From: Clostridiales bacterium
GTDB taxonomy: Bacteria; Bacillota; Clostridia; Oscillospirales; CAG-272
DNA length: 64,000 nt
Direction: 5' to 3'
NCBI GenBank assembly: GCA_016288155.1
Contig: JAEEYP010000048.1
Span: forward strand, 1,735 to 65,734
In this document: positions 45,174-53,990 of the stretch, piece after piece
Layout of the letters: every line of letters starts with the position of its first letter
How positions within the stretch are numbered: position 1 is the stretch's first letter
Translations under genes and position numbers: made by a program
Notes under the pieces: generated by a model
What the model was told of the DNA's origin: nothing
Seen by the model: the letters and a program-made list of their open reading frames with translations, nothing else
Database searches by the model: none

Positions 45174-46071
45174 GGAACGCCTGCGCTTCATCCTCTCCGT
45201 GGTCCTGTACGGCACGGTCGGGATGTGTATGCGCTTTGCGGCGCTGCCGAGCGAAGCCGCGGCGCTCTACCGCGGCGTGATCGCCGTTCTGTTCCTTCTT
45301 CTGTACAGACTGGTAAGGAGAGAGAAGGCGGACCGGGCCGCGATCCGGAGCAACGCGCTTTTGCTCGTGCTCTCCGGCGTCGCGCTGGGGCTGAACTGGA
45401 TCTGCCTTTTCGCGGCGTATGAGAAGACCACCGTGGCGATCGCGAGCCTGTGCGATTATATGGCGCCGATCTTCGTCATCATACTGACGCCGTTCGTTCT
45501 GAAGCAGAAGCTGGACGGGCGGAAGATCCCGTGCATCGCCGCCGCGTTTTTCGGGATCGTGCTCGTCTCCGGGATCATCGGCGGCAGCGTCGGGAATCCC
45601 GTCGGCATCGTTTCCGGGCTGACGGGGGCCGTCTGCTTTGCCGGCCTCGTTTTCTGCAACTGCAAGATGCGGGACGTCTCCGCGATGGACAGAACGACCG
45701 TGCAGCTGGCGGTGTCCGTTGTCGTGATCCTGCCGTACGTGCTGATAAAAAACGGCGGTATCCCGCTGCCGACCCTAGGCGCGTGGCCGCTCGTTCTGAT
45801 GCTGGGCGTTCTGCAGACCGGCGTTGCGTACGTTCTGTATTTCGGCGGCATCGCGGCGCTGCCCGTACAGACGGTGGCGATCCTCGGATACCTGGAGCCG
45901 GTCATCTCCGTCCTTTGTTCCGTGATCTTTCTGCATGAGCCGCTCGGCTGGATGGGATGGATCGGCGCCGTGATGATCCTTTCGGCGGCCGCTGTCAGCG
46001 AACTGATGCCGGAAAGAACGGAAAAAGTCCGGGAGCCGGGAGGTGATCCGCATGAGGATACGGAACGCTGA
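45157..46071 (+). CDS. EamA/DMT-family transporter
   Basis: 10-TM-like profile in two EamA halves. Start at MKKEHKERLRFILSVVLYG. Confidence 0.75.
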   Translation: MKKEHKERLRFILSVVLYGTVGMCMRFAALPSEAAALYRGVIAVLFLLLYRLVRREKADRAAIRSNALLLVLSGVALGLNWICLFAAYEKTTVAIASLCDYMAPIFVIILTPFVLKQKLDGRKIPCIAAAFFGIVLVSGIIGGSVGNPVGIVSGLTGAVCFAGLVFCNCKMRDVSAMDRTTVQLAVSVVVILPYVLIKNGGIPLPTLGAWPLVLMLGVLQTGVAYVLYFGGIAALPVQTVAILGYLEPVISVLCSVIFLHEPLGWMGWIGAVMILSAAAVSELMPERTEKVREPGGDPHEDTER

Positions 46072-46579
46072 GCCGGACGATGCCGGGCGTCTGCTCGCGA
46101 TCTACGCCTATTACGTCGTGAATACGGCGATCACGTTCGAGTACGACGTCCCTTCGCCGGACGAATTCCGGGACCGCATCGGGAAGACGCTGAAAAAATA
46201 TCCGTATCTCGTACTGGAGGAGGACGGGGCGATCCTCGGTTACGCCTACGCGGGTCCTTTGAAGGATCGTGCCGCCTACGGGCATTCCTGCGAGGTCAGC
46301 ATCTATGTCGACCGCTGCGCGCGGCGTCGGGGATGCGGGAGAGCGCTGTACGAAGCGCTGGAGGAGCGGCTCAAAGCGCAGGGGATCTTGAATCTGTACG
46401 CATGCATCGCGGATCCGATCGACGAGGACGAATACCTGACGAAGGACAGCGAACGCTTTCACCGGAGCATGGGATACGTCAAGGTCGGTGAATTTCACGG
46501 ATGCGGATACAAATTCGGCCGCTGGTACAATATGATCTGGATGGAGAAGATCATCGGGGATCATCCGGTGAGAAAATAA
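46052..46579 (+). CDS. GNAT N-acetyltransferase (phosphinothricin-acetyltransferase-like)
   Basis: MRIRNAEPDDAGRLLAIYAYYVVNTAITFEYDVPS...RRRGCGRALYEALE. The ATG is 8 nt after gggagg. Confidence 0.75.
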   Translation: MRIRNAEPDDAGRLLAIYAYYVVNTAITFEYDVPSPDEFRDRIGKTLKKYPYLVLEEDGAILGYAYAGPLKDRAAYGHSCEVSIYVDRCARRRGCGRALYEALEERLKAQGILNLYACIADPIDEDEYLTKDSERFHRSMGYVKVGEFHGCGYKFGRWYNMIWMEKIIGDHPVRK

Positions 46580-46630
46580 AAAGGACCCCGGAGGATCCGG
46601 CTCGTTCGGATCTCCGGGATCAAAGCAGTC

Positions 46631-46670
46631 GTCCCCCGCCCGGCGGACCGCCGGACGGGGGACTTTTTTT
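46631..46670 (+). terminator. Intrinsic terminator between convergent genes
   Basis: Hairpin GUCCCCCG...CGGGGGAC followed by U7. Confidence 0.8.
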
Positions 46671-46672
46671 AT

Positions 46673-47527
46673 TCACGGATCCAGCGGCTGTTTTTCCCTG
46701 TCGCTTTTGTAGAGCAAAAAGTACGCTCCGCAGAACGTCAGGATGCCGAAGACGGCGATGCACGCTTCGAGCGCCCAGGTCGGCATGGAGACGACGTTGA
46801 GCGTGTACAGAGCGGCAATGAAATCCATCGCGGTATGGAGAAGAACGGCGAGCGGGTACAGCCGGAATTTCCCGCGGTCGCGGCAGGCGTAGAACACGAG
46901 GATCGACGCTCCGACGTGGAACAGGACCGCGAACGCCCGCTCCAGAAAGCCCAGCGCGACGTCGGCGAACGTGACGTTTGCGATCTGCTCCGCCAGAGCG
47001 TACAGCACTGCCGCCTGCTGGGGCATCTGCGTTGCCGCCTGCTCGACGATGGTCCCGAACACCCCCGTGTTGATCATCACGGCGTACGCGATATACGTCG
47101 CGTACGCGGCGCACAGGATCAGAATCACCTCGCATCCGCCGTGTCCGATCCCGTATGAGACGGACGTCTCCCTGTTTTTTCTGTTTCTCAGGACCGTTTT
47201 GAACGCGGCGAGACGGCCAGTCTCTTCAAACACGCCGGGGAAGAGCCCTGCTGCAAGCGCGAGCAGATACGGCCTTGCGGCAAAGAAGCTGCTCACGGGA
47301 TGTTCCGGGAGCCCCATCTGCGTCGGGAAGAGCAGGACGTTCTGGATCGGCTTTTCCAGGATGAGGGCGAACAGAAGGAAGACCGCCGCGCCGACGAGGA
47401 TCGTCGTGAACGGCTCTTTCTTTCTGAATTTCCAGATCAGCGCGACCGCGATCGGGATCAGAAACGAAAGGATCGTGCCGACCGCCAGCGCCGCGAAGGA
47501 CGATGATCCCACTTCGGTGAATTCCAT
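46673..47527 (-). CDS. YhfC-family intramembrane metalloprotease-like membrane protein
   Basis: 284 aa, multi-TM, with FEETGR and GIGHGGCE blocks. Confidence 0.6.
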   Translation of the reverse strand: MEFTEVGSSSFAALAVGTILSFLIPIAVALIWKFRKKEPFTTILVGAAVFLLFALILEKPIQNVLLFPTQMGLPEHPVSSFFAARPYLLALAAGLFPGVFEETGRLAAFKTVLRNRKNRETSVSYGIGHGGCEVILILCAAYATYIAYAVMINTGVFGTIVEQAATQMPQQAAVLYALAEQIANVTFADVALGFLERAFAVLFHVGASILVFYACRDRGKFRLYPLAVLLHTAMDFIAALYTLNVVSMPTWALEACIAVFGILTFCGAYFLLYKSDREKQPLDP

Positions 47528-47548
47528 TGTCCGTCTCCTTTTTCAGTA

Positions 47549-48355
47549 TTAGTCTTCCGCCCCCGGAAGCGCGGACAGCGCGTCCGGGAACAGCCGCTGC
47601 GCGTTCCCCCAGAGGATCTTTTCCTTATCCTCGTCCGGGAGGCACGACAGCGCGACCCGCCCGTACTGGAACGCGCAGGAATAGTCGTCCGTGCCGAAGA
47701 GGATCTTTTCGGCGCCGACCGTTTCCGCCGCGTATTCGAGGATGCGGTTCAGGCAGCTGGCTTTCCCGGACGTGTCCGTGAAGATATTGCCGTGTTTGGC
47801 GCGCCGTATGGCATCGATATGCTCCATGCCTCCGAGATGGGCGATGATCAGCTTCATCTCCGGATACCGGTCCGCCCAGTACGGCATCTTTTCGATTTTG
47901 GCGGGATGCATGAGCATGACCGTCTTATGCTCCGCCGCGAAGGAGAAGAGCGCGTCGGCGTATTCTTCGATATCGTATCCGTGATAGACCGGGTGGATCT
48001 TGATTCCGAGGCAGCGCGGGGAGGCGAGCATCCGGTCCGCCTGCCGGAAAGTCGCCGGCCGGCGCGGATCGATCACGACCCACTGCAGGATCCGGGCGTC
48101 TTTTTCGGCGAGCGCGTGCAGATAGTCGTTTTCCTCCTCGATGCATTCCGTGTGTTCGAGGACGGACGCAAAGGTCGAGAATCCTCCGCCGAGGATGCCG
48201 AGATAGGCGTACTGTTCCCTGAGCCATCCGAGGTCGCGGCAGTTCAGTTCGCACGCGGCCCAGCCGGTGCCGGAGGGGCTGTCGAACGGGGAACCGTGGT
48301 TGAAATGAGCGTGCACGTCGAAAGCTTTGCAATGCGGCAGTATGTTCGCGGTCAT
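47549..48355 (-). CDS. Amidohydrolase-family (TIM-barrel metal-dependent) hydrolase
   Basis: 268 aa with N-terminal FDVHAHF and later IIAHLGG and GTDDY blocks. Confidence 0.65.
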   Translation of the reverse strand: MTANILPHCKAFDVHAHFNHGSPFDSPSGTGWAACELNCRDLGWLREQYAYLGILGGGFSTFASVLEHTECIEEENDYLHALAEKDARILQWVVIDPRRPATFRQADRMLASPRCLGIKIHPVYHGYDIEEYADALFSFAAEHKTVMLMHPAKIEKMPYWADRYPEMKLIIAHLGGMEHIDAIRRAKHGNIFTDTSGKASCLNRILEYAAETVGAEKILFGTDDYSCAFQYGRVALSCLPDEDKEKILWGNAQRLFPDALSALPGAED

Positions 48356-48402
48356 GGCGCGTCTCCTTTTTGGGGCGTGATCCGGGGCTTGTCTTCTCCA
48401 TT

Positions 48403-48431
48403 ATTATACAGATATCGGACGGCGTTGTCAA
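48403..48431 (-). promoter_or_regulatory. Promoter of the amidohydrolase/YhfC genes
   Basis: On the minus strand: TTGACA, a 17-nt spacer, then TATAAT. Confidence 0.7.
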
Positions 48432-48473
48432 TACGGGAAGACCGCCGAAGGAAACCGGATGAGAACAAAAGGC

Positions 48474-48502
48474 TTGACAAGCACTCTCCCGTCCGTTATA
48501 AT
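48474..48502 (+). promoter_or_regulatory. Promoter of the GNAT/beta-helix ORF
   Basis: TTGACA, a 17-nt spacer, then TATAAT. Confidence 0.7.
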
Positions 48503-48542
48503 AGGGGCATAGAAGATCCTTTGATCCGGAGGAAACGGAGAA

Positions 48543-51122
48543 GTGGGACGCCTCACAAAAGACGGATCCGGTCCGCGCAACGGAACGCGCGGAGAACGGC
48601 TCCCGATCCGTCCGTTCCGGGCGGGAGACGAGACCGGCATGGCGGAGATGATCGCCGCCACGCTGCGGGTGAGCAACAAAAACGATTACGCGCCCGAATA
48701 TATCGAGGAGATGGTGCGCCGCCATTCTCCCGCGTACTTTGCGCGGCGCGCGGAGGATTCACATTTTTACGTCGTCTGCGACGGGGAGGAGATCGTCGGC
48801 TGCGGCGGGATCACCGGGTACCGGGGCGGCGCGGCGGAGAGTTATCTCTTGTCCGTCTTCGTTCGCCCCGCGTATCAGGGCAGGGGCGTCGGGCGGAGGA
48901 TCGTCGGGGCGCTCGAAGCGGACGAATTTTTTCTGCGCGCCCGGCGGACAGAGCTCGGGGCGTCCGTCACGGCGGTCGGCTTCTGGCGGAAGATGGGGTA
49001 TTCTTTCAAGGACGGCGCCTCGTCCCCGGACGGGGACGGCGTCGTCAGAATGGAAAAATATAAGAAGAAGAGGAGCGTCACTATGGACTTTTACCTGTCG
49101 AAGAACGGAAAAGAAGGGAATCCCGGTACGCGGGAGGCGCCGTTCGCCTCGCCGGAGGAAGCGCGGGACGCCGTGCGCGCGTATCTTGCCGATCCGGCGC
49201 ACGGTTCGGTGACCGTGCACGTCGGTGCGGGCGAGTACAGAACGGCGGGGATCGTGCTGGACGAACGGGATTCCGGCACGGCGGACGCGCCCGTCGTCTG
49301 GGAGGGCGAGGACGGCGCGCTGTTCAACGGCGGCATGGCGCTCGATCCCGCTTCCTTCGGACCGCTGACGGAGGAGGAGAAGAGCCGCCTGCACGGCGAC
49401 GCGCGCTCGCGCGTCGTCCGCTGCGATCTGACGGCGCTCGGACTCACCCGGGAAGATTGGGGCGAGCTCTGCGCCATCGGCTCCTATTCGACCGGCGGCA
49501 GATACGACGGCGCGGTGCTGTCTCCGATGTGGTGCGAGTTGTTCGTGAACGGCGTCCGGCAAGAGATCGCGCGCTATCCGAACGAGGGCTTCCTCATCAC
49601 CGGGGAGCCGGTCCGGGAGGGCAGGGTGCCCGAGTGCGCCGGAGGAGGGAAGCCGCCCCGGGAGGAGTGGATGAAGGTCCACAATCCGTTCTGCGATATC
49701 TATACCGTCGATGAGAAGACCGCCCGCCGCACCGCCGGCTGGAGGAGCATGGACGGGGTCTGGATGTTCGGGTATCCGAAGTACGGCTGGGCGGATATGT
49801 CGAGCCCCGTCGTCTCCGTCGATCCGGAAACGTGCCAAATGGAGACGGCGTGGATCTCCGGGTACGGGATGAAGCCGAACGCGCCGTACTACTTCTACAA
49901 CGTGTTCGAGGAGCTGGACGCGCCGGGCGAGTGGTTCCTCGACCGGGAGCGGGGGCTTTTGTATCTCTATCCCGCCGTGCCGCTGGAGAGCGCGGAGATC
50001 AATCTCTCCCTTCTGACGGGCGATCTGCTCCGGATCGGGAACGGATCTTATATCACGCTGAAGAACCTGAGCTTCACGGGGACGCGCGGCGACGCGCTGG
50101 ATCTGTCCGGGACCGCCCTTGTCGTCGAGGACTGCACGATCTGCAACGTGGCGGGATGGGCGATCCGGCTGAACGGCAAAGACTGCGCGGTCCGCGGCTG
50201 CGAGATCTCCCGGACGGGGAGGGGCGGCGTCTTCGTGTCGGGCGGAGACCGCGCCGCGCTGATTCCCTCCGGGAACGTCGTTGAGAACAACCACATCCAC
50301 CACATCGCCGAGATCTTCCGGACGTACAATCCGGCGGTCCAGCTCACCGGCATCGGCGCGGTCGTGCGGCACAACGAGATCCACGATTCCGCGCACGCGG
50401 CGATCCTTTTCAGAGGGAACGAGCACCGCATGGAGTACAACGAGATCTACGGGGTCTGCAAGATCGCGGACGATTCCTCCGCCATTTACGCCGGGCGGGA
50501 CTACTGCACCTGCGGGAACGTCGTGTACCGCAACTACTTCCACGATATGGAGAGCGACGCGGACAACCATATCGGTATCTTCGGCATGTACTGCGACGAC
50601 AATCTCGGCTCCTGCGAGATGGTCCAGAACGTGTTCGTGCGCTGCCAGTCCGCGCTGCTTCTGCACGGAGGGCACGACATGACGTTCTGCGGGAACGTGA
50701 TCCTCGGCGCCTGCCCGAAGTCGAAGTATTCGGTCCGCTTCCACCGGTACGGATACTGTGACGATCTGGTCCCCGGCGGCGATCACGCGCGGGGGCTCGA
50801 CGCCGTGCCGTGGCAGAGCGAGATCTGGCGGCGGGCGTATCCGCATATCGCGGAATATCTCACGTGGGACCCGGATACGGAGCAGGGCTATCCGCACTAC
50901 TGCGACGTTTCGGGCAACGTCGTCATCGGCCATAAGCCGATGGACGTCAATTTCCCGTGGGACGATCCGAGATTTCACAACCGCATGGAGAACAACACGG
51001 TCATGGAGACGGCGCCGACGGACGACGTGCGGCTCTTGTGCGAGAAGATCCTTCCGGAAACGGTGCCGGGCTTTGCGCCGATCCCCTTCGGTGAGATCGG
51101 GCGGAAGAAGAAGAACGGATAA
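48543..51122 (+). CDS. Continuous ORF joining a GNAT acetyltransferase domain (~180 aa) to a complete right-handed parallel beta-helix protein (~679 aa)
   Basis: GTG start after ggagg. GNAT blocks are IRPFRAGDETGMAEMI and VFVRPAYQGRGVGRRIV. No stop codon precedes the in-frame ATG at 49083, which has its own RBS (aggag at 49071..49075). That ATG opens MDFYLSKNGKEGNPGTREAPFASPEEARDAV, a typical beta-helix-family N-terminus. Confidence 0.65.
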   Translation: MGRLTKDGSGPRNGTRGERLPIRPFRAGDETGMAEMIAATLRVSNKNDYAPEYIEEMVRRHSPAYFARRAEDSHFYVVCDGEEIVGCGGITGYRGGAAESYLLSVFVRPAYQGRGVGRRIVGALEADEFFLRARRTELGASVTAVGFWRKMGYSFKDGASSPDGDGVVRMEKYKKKRSVTMDFYLSKNGKEGNPGTREAPFASPEEARDAVRAYLADPAHGSVTVHVGAGEYRTAGIVLDERDSGTADAPVVWEGEDGALFNGGMALDPASFGPLTEEEKSRLHGDARSRVVRCDLTALGLTREDWGELCAIGSYSTGGRYDGAVLSPMWCELFVNGVRQEIARYPNEGFLITGEPVREGRVPECAGGGKPPREEWMKVHNPFCDIYTVDEKTARRTAGWRSMDGVWMFGYPKYGWADMSSPVVSVDPETCQMETAWISGYGMKPNAPYYFYNVFEELDAPGEWFLDRERGLLYLYPAVPLESAEINLSLLTGDLLRIGNGSYITLKNLSFTGTRGDALDLSGTALVVEDCTICNVAGWAIRLNGKDCAVRGCEISRTGRGGVFVSGGDRAALIPSGNVVENNHIHHIAEIFRTYNPAVQLTGIGAVVRHNEIHDSAHAAILFRGNEHRMEYNEIYGVCKIADDSSAIYAGRDYCTCGNVVYRNYFHDMESDADNHIGIFGMYCDDNLGSCEMVQNVFVRCQSALLLHGGHDMTFCGNVILGACPKSKYSVRFHRYGYCDDLVPGGDHARGLDAVPWQSEIWRRAYPHIAEYLTWDPDTEQGYPHYCDVSGNVVIGHKPMDVNFPWDDPRFHNRMENNTVMETAPTDDVRLLCEKILPETVPGFAPIPFGEIGRKKKNG

Positions 51123-51476
51123 TTTTGTGCCGGGATACAAAAGAGAGGCGGCGTGTGCCGAGTGCTCTTACGGACAGTAACCAGAATAAGAACAACCGAG
51201 CATTCGCAGGGCAAGACAGATACCGAGATTACAGTAAATGTAGTCCCGGTATTTTTCTGTCTAAAAAATTATCCCGCACATTCGTATTTCCGAATCGTTT
51301 GCGGTACAATGAGGTTGCAAAGGAGGTATGTTTTTTCTCTTTTCACGTGACGTGCTGTCATTATACTCCTTTTTTGCCGCAATGTAAGGAGATACGGCGG
51401 ATTTGTGAGCGGATCCGCGTTTTTCGGCGAAAAATGGGAAAAAAGCCGCGCCGCCGGCAAAAAACGCTTTGTATGC

Positions 51477-51505
51477 TTGGCAAAGACCTTTGGGTGTGAT
51501 ATAAT
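51477..51505 (+). promoter_or_regulatory. Promoter of the DUF5131 gene
   Basis: TTGGCA, a 17-nt spacer, then TATAAT. The -10 ends at 51505, so the track ATG at 51506 cannot be the start codon. Confidence 0.6.
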
Positions 51506-51556
51506 ATGAAGCGGAAGGCGCGCGGCGCCGAACGGAGGGAAAGGAGCGTTCCGTCC

Positions 51557-52282
51557 ATGGCGATCTGGAATCCGTGGCACGGCTGTCACAAGATCAGCCC
51601 CGGATGCGCGAACTGCTACGTGTACAGAAGGGACGAGAGCGTCGGCCGTGACGCCGGTGTCGTAACGAAGACCGCCGATTTCGATCTGCCCCTCAAAAAA
51701 AACCGGCGGGGCGGATACAAGCTGTCGGCTGAGAAGGGCACCGTGTTCACCTGCATGACGTCCGATTTTTTCCTGGAGGACGCCGACGGGTGGCGGCAGG
51801 ACTGCTGGGACATGATCCGCGAACGGGCGGATCTGTCCTTCCATATCATCACGAAGCGGATCGACCGCTTCGCGCAGTGCGTCCCGCCGGATTGGGGCGA
51901 CGGATGGGAGCACGTGACGGTCTGCAGCACGTGCGAGAATCAGGACAGAGCGGATCACCGGCTGCCGATCCTGCTTTCTCTTCCCATAAAGCACAGGCAG
52001 GTCATCTCGGAGCCGATGCTGGAGGAGATCACGCTGGAACGGTATCTCGAAACGGGGAAGATCGAGCACGTGGTCTGCGGCGGGGAGTCCGGGCCGGCGG
52101 CGAGACCGTGCCGGGTGGACTGGATCCTCCGGGTACGGAGCGAATGCGTGCGGTACGGGATCCCGTTCACGTTCAAGCAGACCGGCGCCGTGTTCGTCAA
52201 GGACGGAAAGACCTATCATATAGACCGCAGGTACCAGATGGCGCAGGCGCGAAAGTCCGGATACAGTTATTATCCCGACTGA
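51557..52282 (+). CDS. DUF5131 (phage Gp37/Gp68-like) family protein
   Basis: MAIWNPWHGCHKISPGCANCY is the hallmark N-terminus of this family. Confidence 0.7.
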   Translation: MAIWNPWHGCHKISPGCANCYVYRRDESVGRDAGVVTKTADFDLPLKKNRRGGYKLSAEKGTVFTCMTSDFFLEDADGWRQDCWDMIRERADLSFHIITKRIDRFAQCVPPDWGDGWEHVTVCSTCENQDRADHRLPILLSLPIKHRQVISEPMLEEITLERYLETGKIEHVVCGGESGPAARPCRVDWILRVRSECVRYGIPFTFKQTGAVFVKDGKTYHIDRRYQMAQARKSGYSYYPD

Positions 52283-52319
52283 CGCAGTGCGCCGCGAAGG
52301 ATCGGAGGGAAAAAGGAGT

Positions 52320-52985
52320 ATGGAGCGCGACACGAAAGTCAGCCTCTTTTTCTGGCTGTCCGGCTGGTGCGTCGTCTATCCGATCGTCCTGAAGCTCGTG
52401 AACGCCGCAAGACCGGCGCCGGGTCTTCCGAAGGTCGGACTTGCGGCGCTGAACGGATGGTTCAGGGATCTGCGGCATTTTGACGAAGCGACCGGGTATT
52501 CCGCGTTCTGGTACGTCTTCACGCAGGCCGTCGGGTATCTGGCGCTCGCCGCCTGTATTTTCTGGGCGGGCATCGGACTCGTGCAGTGGGTAAGGACGAA
52601 AAGCCTGGATCGGGTCGACAAAAGCATTTTTATCACCTGCTGCCTGTATATCGCCGCCTTGTTGGTGTTCGTGGTATTCAACGCTCTCGCCGTCAACAAG
52701 GGACCCGTCGTCACGCCGGGGGACGCCGAGTTCTCGGCGTCGTTCCCCTCTCCGTATACGATGCTCGTCGTCATATCCATGGGGAGCACGATGTATCTGA
52801 CGGGGTATTTTCTCGAGAAGAAAGAGAAGCTCGTCCTCGTGCTGCGCGTGCTCTGCGGGGCGGTCATGATCGCCGGCGTCGTCGGGAGAGCGATCAGCGG
52901 GGTGTGCTGGCTCACCGATATCCTCGGCGGGATCCTGTACAGCACGACGCTGCTCCTTCTGTATTCGGTTTTCTGCGACGCGTAA
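52320..52985 (+). CDS. PAP2-superfamily-like membrane protein with degenerate catalytic motifs (start uncertain: GTG 52287 or ATG 52320)
   Basis: Multi-TM. SFPSPY stands where PAP2 has SFPSGH, and GRAISGVCWLTDILGG stands where PAP2 has SRxxxGxHxxxDxxxG. Confidence 0.5.
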   Translation: MERDTKVSLFFWLSGWCVVYPIVLKLVNAARPAPGLPKVGLAALNGWFRDLRHFDEATGYSAFWYVFTQAVGYLALAACIFWAGIGLVQWVRTKSLDRVDKSIFITCCLYIAALLVFVVFNALAVNKGPVVTPGDAEFSASFPSPYTMLVVISMGSTMYLTGYFLEKKEKLVLVLRVLCGAVMIAGVVGRAISGVCWLTDILGGILYSTTLLLLYSVFCDA

Positions 52986-53023
52986 GAACGGACGGTGCGG
53001 TTTCGCGAAAGGAGAAGGGACGC

Positions 53024-53696
53024 CGTGTATTTTTCAAAGCACAATGACGACACGGTCTATATCAACCATTCGAGCGGGCTGCTCGAGGTGGAGGGGAAGG
53101 GACCCCTCTGCCGGGAGGACGCCGAGGTCCGGCCCGCGCCGGGAGAGGACTGGGCCGACGAATATCATACCCTGCACGTGAAGGAGGGCGTCACCGCGCT
53201 CGGAGAGGGATATCTGGAAACTTTCCGGAAGATCGGATGCCTGATCCTCAGCCGGTCGGTGACGATGATCGCTCAGACGAAGGAGCTCGATGGGCTGCTG
53301 CGCCGAAACAAGGTCCTGATCCGCGGGGAATACGATACGTTCGCCGAGGAATTTGCCCACAAAAAAGGGCTGAAATTCCTTCACTGCGATATCCCGCTCG
53401 CGGAGGATCACGACGAAGAACACCATGAGCATGAGTTCATCACGCTGCGCTTTCATTCGAGAGGCGCCCCCGATATCCATCACAACGTCTTCACGCCGGG
53501 CAGCTCGGCGGGGAGCTGGGGCGGCGGAGAATATGCAAGCGAGCTCCCGCGGGATTTCTACGTCGGCTGCACGGCGGAAACGTTTGCCGGGTACTTCCCG
53601 GAGCATCTGCGGGATCAGCTGACGGCGAACGACATGCTCCGGCGCTTTCTGGAGACGGCGAACCGCCGGCATGAGCGCAGCGTGAGATCGGATTGA
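53024..53696 (+). CDS. Hypothetical protein with an acidic/His-rich segment
   Basis: GTG start after aaaggagaaggg. It contains a BspA-LRR-like stretch (VKEGVTALGEGYLETFRKIGCLILSRSVTMIA) and the segment EDHDEEHHEHE. No family was recognised. Confidence 0.45.
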
Positions 53697-53739
53697 GAAC
53701 GTCGGAAAAAACGGAAAACGGAGATTTGCGGAGGCAGGT

Positions 53740-53958
53740 ATGAAGACCGTATGGCTGGTCGTCGGTATCGTACTCATTTTTGCGTGCGTCGTATCTTTTC
53801 TGATCGCCGTGCTGAATTGGTTCGGGTATTACCACGTGCTCGACGGAGAGGCGGAGCTTTACGCCGCCATGCATCGGCGGGCGATCGTTTTCGGGGCGAT
53901 CGGGATCGTTCTCGCGGCGGTCGGGACGGCGTGCCTCGTCCTTCGTTCCGGAATGTAA
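53740..53958 (+). CDS. Small two-TM membrane protein (72 aa)
   Basis: MKTVWLVVGIVLIFACVVSFLIAVL...IVFGAIGIVLAAVGTACLVL. Confidence 0.5.
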   Translation: MKTVWLVVGIVLIFACVVSFLIAVLNWFGYYHVLDGEAELYAAMHRRAIVFGAIGIVLAAVGTACLVLRSGM

Positions 53959-53990
53959 AGTTCCCGGTGCGCTGAGAGGAGGCAGTGAAA

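Noticed and set aside
51125-51499. 124-aa ORF filling the AT-richer spacer
   Set aside because: It has no RBS, its composition is Arg/Lys/Cys-rich and unlike the local proteins, and it runs through the promoter of the next gene. It is probably non-coding.
51506-52282. Prophage or mobile-element fragment, suggested by a DUF5131 (phage Gp37/Gp68-like) gene next to an AT-richer spacer
   Set aside because: No integrase, recombinase, terminase, capsid gene, att-like repeats or tRNA target lie in the vicinity. The flanking genes use native-looking consensus promoters.
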